DNA of 56,952 bases, from contig MU054117.1 in the NCBI GenBank assembly GCA_013239625.1, positions 1,242,001 through 1,298,952 of the forward strand, written 5' to 3'. The DNA is from Lama guanicoe (taxonomy: Eukaryota). The position numbers and the translations under genes are program-made. Shown here piece by piece: positions 24,593 to 36,500 of the stretch (its first letter is position 1; the number at the start of each line of letters is the position of its first letter). Under the pieces are notes generated by a model. It was given only the letters and a program-made list of their open reading frames with translations, did not search any database and had not been told where the DNA came from.

Positions 24593-24845
24593 GGGCCGGG
24601 CGCGGCGGGGCTAAGCCCAGCGGGGGCCGGGCCCCGGGGGCGCCCGCCCGGGATGTGAGCGCCGAGCGCGCCGGGCGGGGAGGGCGGGCAGGGCGCCAGG
24701 AAGGACGCGCGGACGGGAGGAGGAGCGGCGCCGAGCCGGAAGGCGGGAGGCGCGTCCGTTGGGCCCGCGGCGCGGCCGGTCAGCCGCCTCGTCGCTCGGG
24801 CAGGAGCGCGGCCCGCGCCTCCTCCCCGGCGCCGCGGGGAGGAAG

Positions 24846-26048
24846 ATGGAGACGCACATCTCGTGTCTGTTCCCCGAGCTGCTGGCCATGATCTTCGGCT
24901 ACCTGGACGTGCGCGACAAGGGGCGCGCGGCGCAGGTGTGCACGGCCTGGCGGGACGCCGCCTACCACAAGTCGGTGTGGCGGGGGGTGGAGGCCAAGCT
25001 GCACCTGCGCCGGGCCAACCCGTCGCTGTTCCCCAGCCTGCAGGCCCGGGGCATCCGCCGGGTGCAGATCCTGAGCCTGCGCCGCAGCCTCAGCTACGTG
25101 ATCCAGGGCATGGCCAACATCGAGAGCCTCAACCTCAGCGGCTGCTACAACCTCACCGACAACGGGCTGGGCCACGCGTTCGTGCAGGAGATCGGCTCGC
25201 TGCGCGCGCTCAACCTGAGTCTCTGCAAGCAGATCACCGACAGCAGCCTGGGCCGCATAGCCCAGTACCTCAAGGGCCTGGAGGTGCTGGAGCTGGGCGG
25301 CTGCAGCAACGTCACCAACACCGGCCTGCTGCTCATCGCCTGGGGCCTGCAGCGCCTCAAGAGCCTGAACCTCCGCAGCTGCCGCCACCTCTCGGACGTG
25401 GGCATCGGGCACCTGGCCGGCATGACGCGCAGCGCGGCCGAGGGCTGCCTGGGCCTGGAGCAGCTCACGCTGCAGGACTGCCAGAAGCTCACGGACCTCT
25501 CCCTGAAGCACATCTCCCGGGGGCTGGCGGGCCTGCGGCTCCTCAACCTCAGCTTCTGCGGGGGCATCTCGGACGCGGGCCTGCTGCACCTGTCGCACAT
25601 GGGCAGCCTGCGCAGCCTCAACCTGCGCTCCTGCGACAACATCAGTGACACGGGCATCATGCACCTGGCCATGGGCAGCCTGCGCCTCTCGGGGCTGGAC
25701 GTGTCTTTCTGTGACAAGGTGGGGGACCAGAGCCTGGCTTACATCGCGCAGGGGCTGGACGGCCTCAAGTCCCTGTCCCTCTGCTCCTGCCACATCAGCG
25801 ACGACGGCATCAACCGCATGGTGCGGCAGATGCACGGGCTGCGCACGCTCAACATCGGCCAGTGCGTGCGCATCACGGACAAGGGCCTGGAGCTGATCGC
25901 CGAGCACCTGAGCCAGCTCACCGGCATAGACCTGTACGGCTGCACCCGCATCACCAAGCGCGGCCTGGAGCGCATCACGCAGCTGCCCTGCCTCAAGGTG
26001 CTCAACCTGGGCCTCTGGCAGATGACGGACAGTGAGAAGGTCAGGTGA
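24846..26048 (+). CDS. FBXL14: F-box/LRR-repeat protein 14 (SCF E3 ligase substrate adaptor, Ppa ortholog), intronless 400-aa form ending DSEKVR
   Basis: ATG at 24846 in strong Kozak context (AAGATGG). Translation METHISCLFPELLAMIFGYLDVRDKGRAAQVC is an F-box followed by repeated LxxLNLxxCxxITDxG LRRs and matches the mammalian FBXL14 sequence I recall. TGA at 26046-26048. The ORF-track start at 24759 is a TTG and is not used. Confidence 0.97.
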   Translation: METHISCLFPELLAMIFGYLDVRDKGRAAQVCTAWRDAAYHKSVWRGVEAKLHLRRANPSLFPSLQARGIRRVQILSLRRSLSYVIQGMANIESLNLSGCYNLTDNGLGHAFVQEIGSLRALNLSLCKQITDSSLGRIAQYLKGLEVLELGGCSNVTNTGLLLIAWGLQRLKSLNLRSCRHLSDVGIGHLAGMTRSAAEGCLGLEQLTLQDCQKLTDLSLKHISRGLAGLRLLNLSFCGGISDAGLLHLSHMGSLRSLNLRSCDNISDTGIMHLAMGSLRLSGLDVSFCDKVGDQSLAYIAQGLDGLKSLSLCSCHISDDGINRMVRQMHGLRTLNIGQCVRITDKGLELIAEHLSQLTGIDLYGCTRITKRGLERITQLPCLKVLNLGLWQMTDSEKVR

Positions 26049-26652
26049 GGGCGGCAGGCCCACTCCCCTCGTCCCGCCCTGCTCGTCCTGCGCCCCGCGC
26101 TCCCTCCACACTTACACGCAAACCCAGGTCACTGCGGCGGGCGCGGTGAGGACGGTGACCCGCAGCCCCGGGCTCATCCCCGCCTCGCCACCCCTCCCCG
26201 CCTCCTCGTTGCGTCCGGGGCCCCTCTGCTGCCCCCGCTCTCCCCCTTTCCCTGAGGATGCAGTGATGGACTCGCTGCCCACCGCCCACTCCGCCCTGCA
26301 GGGGTCTGAAGGGCGGAGGAGCCGCTGTCTCCCCGCAGCGCCGCATTTGGAAATGGAGGTGGGGTGGGTGGGGGCGGGGAGTGACCAGTCCTTTCAGCCC
26401 CGGGGAGTTGAGGAACATGTCTGCCTTCACTTAAGCTTTCATTTCAATACTGTGATCTGGTTTTTACTTTGCAGTGTATAAAAGCAAACCCGACTACAAC
26501 GGCCTTGTCACCCTTCGTCCGCTTTGTAGCTAATCCCAGGCTCTCTGGTCACTCTCTGACGCTCCTCACTCAGCCCATTTGCATTGCCTGTCTTTTTTTG
26601 GTTTTTGAAGAAATTTGACATCATGGCCCCCCTTTTTTCTGCTGAGTATATT

Positions 26653-26694
26653 CTATATATTATATATATATAAATTATATATATATATATATAT
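26653..26694. repeat. Interrupted (TA)n microsatellite in the FBXL14 3' UTR
   Basis: Direct reading. Confidence 0.9.
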
Positions 26695-27536
26695 TTGTCT
26701 GGCTACCTCGTTTTAGTTTACTTTCTTCTCTGAAGCCCTGGAATTCTACGAGAGAGGTATTTTGAGACTGAAACATTTGTGTGCCTGGACTGGAAAGATG
26801 CCCATTGGGTTTGTCCGTCTTTTTTGCTTTGGCTTCTTCCCAAACCCCATCCATCCACTGTACCCTCTGCACATTCTGGCCATAATTTTCTTTTTTCCCC
26901 TTGTCCATAGGGATGTGAGGGCCCAGCGGTGTTCCTAAATCTTGACTTAATTTATAGCACAAATGTGTGGGAGACGTGAGAGTTGAACTGGGTTTTGGTT
27001 TGGTTTTTTATTTTTTTGGTCTGTTTGAGATGCAGATTGTGCATTGAAAATGATGATTATATATGCAAATTCTGCCCCACCCCCACCCTCTTCCAAGTTT
27101 CCCCACGAGAAGGTCACAGCAGTGAGGCTTCCTGTTGGAGCAGAGGGGCAGACTTGACTTCGCCCCTGGGGGTGTACTGTGGAGGGGAGCAGACGGAAGT
27201 GCACGTCTTCTCTCTGTTCTGTTCATAAAAATGGGAGTTTGTGGGTTTTTGAAAATTGTTTCTAAATGGAGGAGTAAACGACGCTCTTTAGTTTGGTGGG
27301 GGTTGGGACTTGTGGCTTTTTAAAAAAATCACTTTTCAGTAGGATGTATATTTCCGTTGGATTTTTTTGTTTATTTTTTTAGAATCCTCCAGAGCAACAT
27401 GCGAGACCATGGAGTTAAAGAAACCCAGAGACCTTTATCAATTAATTGTACTGTTTGTGAATTTGTATAAATAATAACAAAGATCCTCTTAAAACGTTTA
27501 TATTCTTACAGTAAAAGGTTAAACTGGTATTTATAT

Positions 27537-27542
27537 AATAAA
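27537..27542 (+). terminator. Candidate polyadenylation signal of FBXL14
   Basis: AATAAA with an upstream TGTA (27464) and GT-rich sequence downstream (about 27598-27665). Confidence 0.55.
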
Positions 27543-30500
27543 AGAGGAAATATGAAGTATGTTTTTGAAAAAAACAAAAACAAAAAAACAGAAGCCTTGT
27601 ATCTGTGAATTATTTTTAAGGCTGTGTGTTTGGGCCCATGCCAAAGTAGGAGGTGTGTTTGTGTCTCTGAAAGTGTAAGGCGTAGAGTCCGGTGCATCCT
27701 GTGTGGTGTGAGTAAAGCTCGTGGTTAAAAATTTATCCTGTGTAAGGTTTACTACTGACATCTAGATGTTCTGTTTCTAGAATGTGATCAGAATGGAGAT
27801 ATATATCATTTTTCGTTCTAAACTGTCAACATGGAAATTTAAAGAAACTGAACAAAATGAAACTTTTCTTAAACCAGATTTGTAAGAGTCACAATTTCAC
27901 CAGGGTGGCCAGTCTGTCTCTGTGTGGACATGAGATCTAGGGGGGGTGTTCGAGAAATGGGTCATGAATGTGGAAGTGGGAAGAGAGCTGGGTTTCTGGG
28001 CCCTTGAGTGGGCGGAGGGGGGTGTGAATGGGGCTGGGGTGTGGTAGGGCTGCGGCCATTGTTGGGAAAGTTCAGGACACTCAGCCACGCAGATGACTCT
28101 CCCAGTGTGTGTGGGGGGGTCCCGGTGAGGGGAGGAGGCCCCGGCCTCTTTAGCATTCTCCGCCAGGCCAGCCCCGCTTATTGGACCACTTTCCCGGGGG
28201 CGGGGAGGCCACCCGAGTTCTTGCACATTTGCATTTTAAGCATGTGCAGTGCTAAGGCTGAGATCCACTCCGGTGAGGGCTCTTTGACTGAATTCGGGGC
28301 AGACAGATGAATGCCAACAATTCCAGCAAAGAGTAAGAGCAGTCTGACAGCCGCGCTGGGGCTGCGGAAGCCGAGGAGTGAGAACGCCCAGACAGTGGGG
28401 TCATAGTCCTGGTTTCACGCAGGTCTGCCTCCACTGTTGCCGAGATTTTTTTTTTTCAATACTGATCTCAGGAGGAGCTGATAAGAGTCGCATAAAACTT
28501 CTCCTGGATCGACACCTCTTTCCAGGAAGAGAGCTCAGACCAGGTTTCTCTCTGGCAAGGTTGTTTTGTCACATTTCCAAACTTGCAGCTCGGGGTTGTC
28601 ATAAAAGCCACATTGTTCCTTCTTGGAGAGACATCACAGTGGGTCTAATGGAGCCTGACGCTAGATCCATCTTCCTTTTCTTTGGGGACGGTCCGGATCC
28701 CTTTCCTCCCTCTTAGGTTACAGAGCTTATGGCCTGGCCTGGGGGGAAGAAATGCGTGAAGGGACCTTGAATTAGGGTCAGCTTTCTCACTGAGCGGTCG
28801 CCGCTACCGCACGCGAAGGAGCTCTGAGACTGTTTCCTTCCAAGAGACTGTGGCTGTGCAGAGCCAGTCAGTGAAAATCTGGGCATCTCCCGTGTCAGGC
28901 TCTGCGCTCGCATGCTTTAATGTGAAAAAGTAATCCTGCCAGCTGTCACCAGAGGGTTCTCTGCTTTTCTGCTGTTTTGGTTTTTACTTGAAAGGTGACA
29001 TACAAGCTTGACTAGAGGCTGGTAAATTCGAGTTCGGAAGTTAAAATCGTGGGTCCAGTGTCCTCATCCTGAACTGGACACACTTAAGAATGTATGTGGA
29101 GGGTCTCTGGGAAAGATGCATAATCCTCTCACCTTCATCTGTCAAGGCTGACTGCTGATCCCTCAACCTTTCTGGATGGAAAGAAGGGAATCTGGGTTGA
29201 CAACCTATGGTGTGCTTTGCCTGGTACTTGTGAAACCCTCAAAGCAACCTGCTGCAAAGGTACCTTCTTTTCCAGGTCAGAATACTGCTTGCCGTAAGTC
29301 AGCCGCTCACCGAGGGGAGCCAGGACTCCAGTCCAGCTCCCTTCTGCTCCAGGAGAAGGCTCACTTACTGATTGCACCTTGGCTTCCAGGAAGGCGACCT
29401 CACGGAAGCAAGTGGTGGCAGTCTGAACACCATACGGACAAGCTTATGCCAAGGACATCATTTAAAAGGGAATAAAAATGGATTCACCCTCACCATACCT
29501 ACAAGAATGGAAGGAAATGCTTCTGAGGAGTAGAAGCACTGAGAACGTGCATGGATGCGCACTTTGCGGGAGGTGTGCATGTTAAAAGGCACTTGAGCGC
29601 AAAACCTGGTGCAGGGATTTGCAGAAACGTCAGGACTGAAAAGCCCGAATAGGGACTCGGCGTGGATGTTCTCGTCTAGAAGCGGGAAACCTCGACAGGA
29701 GCCTCTGCGTGGTCGTTGAGAAAGGGCTCCCGGGCCTGCCGAAGTGTCACGGGCGAGAGCCCTGCGAGGTCGCCGTGAAGACGCCGAGCCTAAGTGCGCT
29801 GCGGCCTTCGGGCCATTTCTGCAGCCCCCAACCCCCGGCCCCGGCGGGCCTCCAGCTGAGGGTGCTGGGCGTCGCTGTGCGATTCTTCCCACAGAGGACA
29901 GCCTCCTGCACAGTCCCGCCCACTCCATCCAGCCCATGTTGGGCGGCCGTGCTGAGGAGCCGGCCTAACTTAACAGTACAACCTTACATAGTGAAGATTT
30001 GCGTCAACGACAAAGATCTGGAAAAGCAAGTGTCCCTTTTGTTGCCATTTCTTTTCAAAGGTGAGAGCTTCCTCTTGAACAGGGACGCATGACGCACGTA
30101 GACTGAGGCACGCCAGCCCCCACCCAGGTGTTTCCTGCCGCGGTTGCTTAGATCGCCGGCCTTGGAGTACAAGTCAACCCTTCACTTTTGACTGAGAGAA
30201 CTTGAACCCAAGTTTTCAAAGGAGGAAGGGTGACCCCAGGGACCACGATGTTTCCAAAGACTAGGACCCCCTTGATTAAGAGATCGGATTTGTACAATGA
30301 AACTGACACCTCATGCCACTCCTGTCGGCCTCTGCCCCGTCCCTCTGCTCCAGGGCTCTGCTGGGGCGAAGGGGCCACAGTGAGTGACCGGGCGTCCCCT
30401 CTCTGCTGCCCTTTTCCCCTGCATCAGACATCACCCCCTTTAAACCGTGAATTCTGGTCCTTTCGTAGAGGCAAGACCTGAACGTGTGCACTGTGTCCCC

Positions 30501-32353
30501 CGAGGAGTCGGCGTGAGGCTTCTGGTGAAATAACGCACAGTCCTGGAGATCGGAAGGCCTCGGCCAGCCCTCAGCTGACGCGGGGCCACGCCATTCCGTC
30601 AGGTGCTTTTCAGACCGCAGCAGCTAGTTACGTATGTCGGGAAGCGAATGTTGTCGGGGGAGACGCCGTGCTTGGGTCGGTGTCGACGAGGGACAAGTTA
30701 GAAGTGAGGTCAGTGCGCAGCTGGAGTTAAGAGCCCGCACGCAGGCCTCGGGCAGAACAGCGGGTGTTTCCAGACAACTGGTAACGTCAGGTTTCCGCGG
30801 TCGGTCAGTTTCAGCCTTTTCCTCTTTCCCAGGGGTCGCCCTGCCACCGCCTGGTGGGGCAGCCTGTCCCGCCCAGAGCACCTGCACGTGTGCAAAACCA
30901 TGGCTTCCAGTGTCGGTTCCAGAGAAGGTCGGCCTGAGGTCAGCCCTCGAGGGCGCACGTCAGCATGCCCCCAGCAAGACAGCAGAAGTGGGATTCCCCT
31001 GCCCGCCCGGTGCTACCCAGAGAAGGGCGCACGTCCTCTTTGAAGACTAACACCTTCAGGATCTCAGTCGACTTCCATTTTGATCCTGTAAAGGACAAAT
31101 GCCCCAGGCCCTTGTCCTCCGCTCTCACTGGTGAGCGGGGCAGCGTCCTGGCCATTCAGGAGGGGCATGACCAGCGAGCCGGGCGGGGACGTGGACAGGC
31201 TGGGCGGAAGTGCTGTCCCTTCCTCGGAAACCTGGTGGATACGGGACATTCAACTTTATCAACAGGGAAGAGGCTGTGCCCCGGTGACGCGGGGGGTGGG
31301 TGTCGGAGCAGCTGCCCCAGACCTTACCCACCACCTGGGCTGGTCCCGAAGCTGGAGGGGCTGGGGGCCTGTCCCGGGGCCAACACCTGACCCCCGCTGC
31401 TGAAGGGAGCTGAGCAAGAGCACGTCGTTTTCATTCGGAGTGAAAAACCCAAATGTTGAGTTACTATTTAACAAGCATTACAGGTTTTTCAAGGAGCCAG
31501 AGAGCTCGTGTGAGGAGCTGGTTAATGGGCCTGGGGCCCAGGGTGGCCTGAAGGTAGGGTCCAATCGTCTCCTGTTGTCCTCGGCACCAGAGCTAGTGCC
31601 TCAGCACCACTCTGTCACAGACGCTGACACTCAGCGCAGACCCACCCATCGGTGCCTGCACGGCCTCCACCCTGAGACCCGCACGTCCAAAAACCACCAG
31701 GTGCCACCTCACGGGAACATGGGCTGTTTTGTCTTCACTCAGTGGTAAGATGTCTGGACTTCGCAGATGTGTTAGGGACAAATTCCTCTTGTCCAGAAAG
31801 AATAAAAGGGCCTCGTGTGTCATTTTACGTGACCTTGCCCTCCGCAGGGTCCTGCCTGTTCACAGTGACCCCGCATGGATCCGGGTCCGAGTCACTGGAA
31901 ATGGACTATGGGGAACTAGTTGAGGCCAGATTAATTTTTCATAAATTGTGTGGAATTACTCCAAAGGGCTTGCGAAGCATAGTTCTTCCTCCTCTAAAAA
32001 GATGATGAAAGGATTTACTACAAAGGTCTGTGATGAGGTTCCTCCTTAGGAAATCTTTACCCCAAACTCACGTCTTCATGAACGCACGTGTACACTTGTG
32101 TAGCAACAGCTACCAGCTTCCATTCTGCTCTCTGGTTTCTAAATGGGGAGGAACCCCCCAAATTAGTCCTGATATTCCTTAGAATCTTTAGTCAATTGGA
32201 CAGGTGGGCAAAGTAAAGGAGGAGTTGCCACAGTTAAACCCCTCAAATTCCTAGCGTTCTTAGATGGAAGATGGCGTTTCGGAGAGCTGTGTTTCTCCTG
32301 CCATGTTTAAACTGTAGCTTCAGCACTGAGAGCCCACTGCTATAAGCTCCTAC

Positions 32354-32400
32354 AAAAAAAGAAGAAGAAGAAGAAGAAAGCAAGAAAAGAAGGAAGAAAG
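32354..32400. repeat. (GAA)n purine tract
   Basis: Direct reading. Confidence 0.9.
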
Positions 32401-33456
32401 GCCAGCGGGTGTGCCTTGAGCAAACCCGGTGAAAACACAAAATTAAAGTGACAATGTTTAGCTCTAGTTTGTTTCAGATGCACATTTAGACAGTCTCTGC
32501 GGAATCTACGAAAGCAGCACGGCCAGGTTCTGTGTTCCAGGTTTTGTGAAGCTCGCAGCTTGCTGCTGTAGGACGCAGAGAAGGTCCTGGGTTGTCTAAG
32601 CCTGGACTAGACGGCTGGCTGGCTTTTCCAGCCCTCCCTGACCCCCGTCCGTGCACTTGAGCCAGAAGCCGGGCCACCGTGCTCGGAGTCCACCAGCGGC
32701 AGTCAGCACAGGGTGACCCACAGGCAGGCAGCTGGCCTGTCTTCCCCCACAGAGCCCCAGAGGCACGGCGGAAACTCCCTACAGCAAGCCGGCACCAGAT
32801 TCAGCGGCAAACACCCTCGTCGCGCTTGCCTCAGACGTGGAAATGACCATGCAAGTGAGGGGACAGAGGTCAAGCACCGCGCTTCCCTGAGAGGCAGCGG
32901 TGGGATGTCGCTCCTGCCTCCTCCTGGGCGGTTCCTCGACCTCCCCATCGCCGCCGAGCCCCCTCCCACCCACGCACACGCCACTGACCCTCCCCCTGGG
33001 ATGCAGCCGGGGTCACGTCCACCTGATGTCAGGGCTGGGAGTCCGGCTTTGCGCTTTTCTTTACCCCAAGTTTACTAGGAAGATTTCAGGACCCACTCTA
33101 AGGCGGAAAAGTAAAGGTAACGCAAAACGCTACGTATTTGTCTTCCACGTGCAAGAGGCAGTTTCTCCATCCACAGAGCCTGCGGGCCCTGCGTTCTGTC
33201 AGCAGGTGGCAGCATTGCCCGCGAGCTGGCAGCCCCGTGGGCGCCACGACCTGCCCTGACGGGTGCCCTCCGGTCGCCTCCCCACAAAGAAAGTCCCAGC
33301 ATCAGCGCTGGCGAGAGGGGGCGCTCACGTGGCCGACGGGGGACGCAGCGCTTTTAAGTGTCAGTGGAGTCACCCAGGGAGCCCGGTGGGGGCACCTGGC
33401 TTGGGAGCAGGTGACAGATGCATCTCGTGCCGGACAGGACTCAAACCCCAACTTCT

Positions 33457-33563
33457 GGGGGTAGGTGAGGGTACAGTGTGCACGCGGTCCTGGGTTCAAT
33501 CCCCGGCCTCTCCACTGAAAAAAAAGTAAGTGACTAAATGAAACCTAATGCCCCCCACCCCCC
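33457..33563 (+). mobile_element. Vic-1-like SINE with internal deletion of the A-box region
   Basis: GAGGGTACAG joined directly to TGTGCACGCGGTCCTGGGTTCAATCCCC, then an A-rich tail with AAACCTAAT. Confidence 0.8.
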
Positions 33564-36500
33564 AGAAGCACTTACACAACTGGATGCCACCCTTCGGTCC
33601 TGGTTCGCGCTGCGCCTCTGTGCTTACGCCTCTCTGGGTCCGCAGTTCACCAATGTCAGCTTCTAGCTTTTCTTTAAGACCATCTCATACAAACCCTGTT
33701 AGATCGCCAGGTTGGGGGAGTTTGGGTAAACAAACGGGGGGACAGTTCACAGTCAGACACAGATACACCCATTTTAACAAGGAGGAGCAAGCGCGCTGGC
33801 TTTTTAAATTACAAAAGCACAAAGTGGACTGTTTGTGATGAAAACTCTAGAATCCTCTGAGGAAGAATGAAAATATTTAAGCATTGTTAGGAGTATTTAC
33901 TTTTAGTTGTTTTTATGATCAAAATGAGTAACTTCATGGAACCTGCAGGAGTCTGTGAAAGGGAAAGGGCTAAGAGCCCCGATGAAGAGGCAAGGCTGCT
34001 GGAGCACCCGATCCCTCCCGCGGCAAAGAGACCTTAGGAGACGGTGGCAGAGATCAAGGCAAAGGGAAAGAACTTCTGGGCCAATTCGGCCAGATTCCAT
34101 TAAATGCCACAACAAGGGACAGGCTGGTCTTGCCATCTTGGCCTTGACGGTCCGGCCTCAGAGAGTCAAAGGGCAGAGGGTGCAGGTGTGGAGGGAACGT
34201 GTGGGGAGTGGGGGTGGACGTGCCCGTGGCTGCTCCTGCCACGCCGTGTCATCAAGTAGGATGCAGACACCAGCACGGTGACATAGCTCATCTGTGGTTA
34301 GAAAATGGGAGGAGAGGAGGGAGAAGCTTCTGGAACTCAGGGCCCAGGCGGGAAGCCGACCCCGTTCCTGCCAGCATCCAGGAAGGTCGTATCAAAGCAG
34401 AAAACGTCCCAGGCTGAAAAATGCCGCTGTCAGTGACACACGGAACTAATACAGGCTCGGGGAAACGGCCTGAAGAAAGAAAAGAGGTGGCAGAGGAAAG
34501 AACAGTATCGCTCGGGCCAAGCCGTGGGGTCCAGGCGGGGAAGGCAGAGACACAGGGTGAGGAGGGGGCAGCACAACCAGCCTGGTCCCTGAGGAGCCAG
34601 AGCCATTTGGAGGCGGTTCTTTGATCTGCTGTCCCCAAAAGCAGCCTTCCTGGGCCCTTTTCTCCAGTTGTGTGACTCGGATGGGAGACAGAAATCCCAG
34701 CTGATGGGCCCCCAGGCTGGTGCTCGGAGCTGGCTGTAGGGCGGCGTGCCCCACTCCCAGACTGTGGCTGTTACTGCCCCACCCTCCGGGCCATCACTGT
34801 CAGGAGGAACCTCTGTGCTCCCCACTTCCCTCTCTGCAGGGAAAGCCAGCTGGAAGGCCAGCATCATGGGGAGACAGAGCTCAGGGTTCCCAGGGCTCTG
34901 GTGTGAGGCCCCTCACAGGGGCCCTTTGGGCGGCAGGTGGCCCCTGCCCTGGACTCTGCACCTCAACCCCCAGAGTCAGGCCTCTTCGCTCTGTCCTGAC
35001 CCAGAAGTTCTGGCCAGCGCCCCAGTTGTCCCAAGAAGACAGCTTTTGTCCCAGGGCATTGCCCTGGAGGCCCCAGCCAGGTGGCCACAGACACAGGTGC
35101 AGGCCCCTCACCTTTCTCTGTCCTCTCAGTCCCCCCACAAAAGCACAGGGTCCGAGTGGCCAGCAGTGGTCCTTGCATGGAATCTGGCCTGGCCACGCCC
35201 TGGTCCCTGAGTCTATGGAGTTGGGGAAGAGGGCACAGACAGGTCTGTGGTGGGGGCCGGGATGCGGTGGCCACGACACGGAAGGAAGCAGGCCCAGGGC
35301 CTCCCCCCGCCCCGCTTTCTGCTGATGCCCCAGAGGGAAAGCCCCCAGGCCACCCCGAGGCCCGTGAGCCCCGACTCCCACGTCCCTTCCTGCTGCTGCA
35401 CCTGCCAGGAACTCCCAGCATCCGAGCAAGGCCGCCAACACTTCCCCCCCAACAGCCCTCCCCCGGGCGCCCACGCTGGCGCTAATCCACCCGCAGCGGC
35501 CCGCGGCTCCTCTCCCCTAAGCCTCTGATAACGGTTTTACTAAAATCCTCTTTGGATGGAAAAAAACCCCAGCTGGACATTTCAGGCCTCGCACAATGTA
35601 CAAGCCCGCAGGTCCCGTACCCACCTCACAAAGGCCTCTAATCAAGTGGAAAATGTGCTGGAGGCCAGAGGTTGGGTCTGCAATTATTTTTTAAGGGATT
35701 ATGGAGAAGAATAGGGGCGGCGAGGCCCTCCCCCGCTTTGTTTTCCATTCGGTCCAGTTCCGAGACACACAGGGCCGGTCACAGTTGCCCGGATCGCCCC
35801 GCACAAGGGCCTCACCGCTCCCTTCCCTGGTGGAAAGGTGTCATCTTTGAACACCGCAGCTTCAGGAAGATTTAGAGGGTTTGGAGGCAATCTGAAGGCC
35901 CTGTTCTGACCCCGTTTAAGCCCCTATTTATAAAACCACTGTGGAGCAGGCTCCCGTGTGTGGGGAGAGCCCTCACTCATTAACCTCTAACCCCGCTCTG
36001 AATGCAGAGGGGAGGGTCCCCACACTGCTGGGATTCGGGGCATTCACGAGGGCTTCCCAGGCTTTGGAGGGCAAGAGGTCGTGTTCCCAATCTTGCCAGA
36101 TAGCCTCCTCTTTATTTATACACATTGACCCTTCCCTCCCATGGAGCACATAGCCAGGAAACTCCTAATGCAAAACGTGGATTAAAAACACAAAACGAGA
36201 GCCATTTTTATCAGCCTATTTGGAGCTGCCGTTTAAAAGCGCACACCGCGGCGGGAGTTTGTCCTCCCCAGACACTGCGAAGGAACTTTGCTGAGGTCGT
36301 TCACGCCCGAACGTTCACGGAGGATTAACTGCTAAGGAAGAATGTTTCAGGCTGGCCTGAAGTCTTCATCCTTCTGTTTCAGCCCAGAGAAACTGCTCAC
36401 CCCTCCAAACCGAGCTGGCCAGTGATGTATGCAGATACCCAGTTCAAAGGAAATGACCACAGATTCCTAATCTCATTCTGGGATGACCAAGGATTAGGCT

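Larger units (their letters stand above)
23600..26250. promoter_or_regulatory. CpG island covering the FBXL14 promoter, 5' UTR and CDS
   Basis: Very high GC and CpG density, GC boxes (GGGCGG), ETS-like CGGAAG near 23748 and GGAAGTG near 23830. A YY1-like CGCCATCTT lies just upstream at 23324-23332. Confidence 0.9.
26049..27565 (+). other. FBXL14: FBXL14 3' UTR of the unspliced isoform (approximate)
   Basis: Follows the stop codon, becomes U/AU-rich, lacks interspersed repeats, ends near AATAAA 27537-27542. Confidence 0.65.

Noticed and set aside
24759..24845. 29-aa N-terminal extension of FBXL14 in the ORF track
   Set aside because: Starts at TTG. The recognised protein begins METHIS at the strong-context ATG 24846.
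23821..24891. Long ORFs spanning the N run
   Set aside because: Artefacts of translating through the assembly gap.
24780..26111. 443-aa antisense ORF and 261-aa shifted-frame ORF overlapping FBXL14
   Set aside because: Expected shadows of a CDS with almost all G/C third positions, which removes stops in other frames; low-complexity A/Q/V/P/G/R products with no recognisable domain.
11713..33325. CTCF-like motifs near 11713, 16972 and 33308
   Set aside because: Each has mismatches at core positions, and such matches are common in GC-rich DNA.
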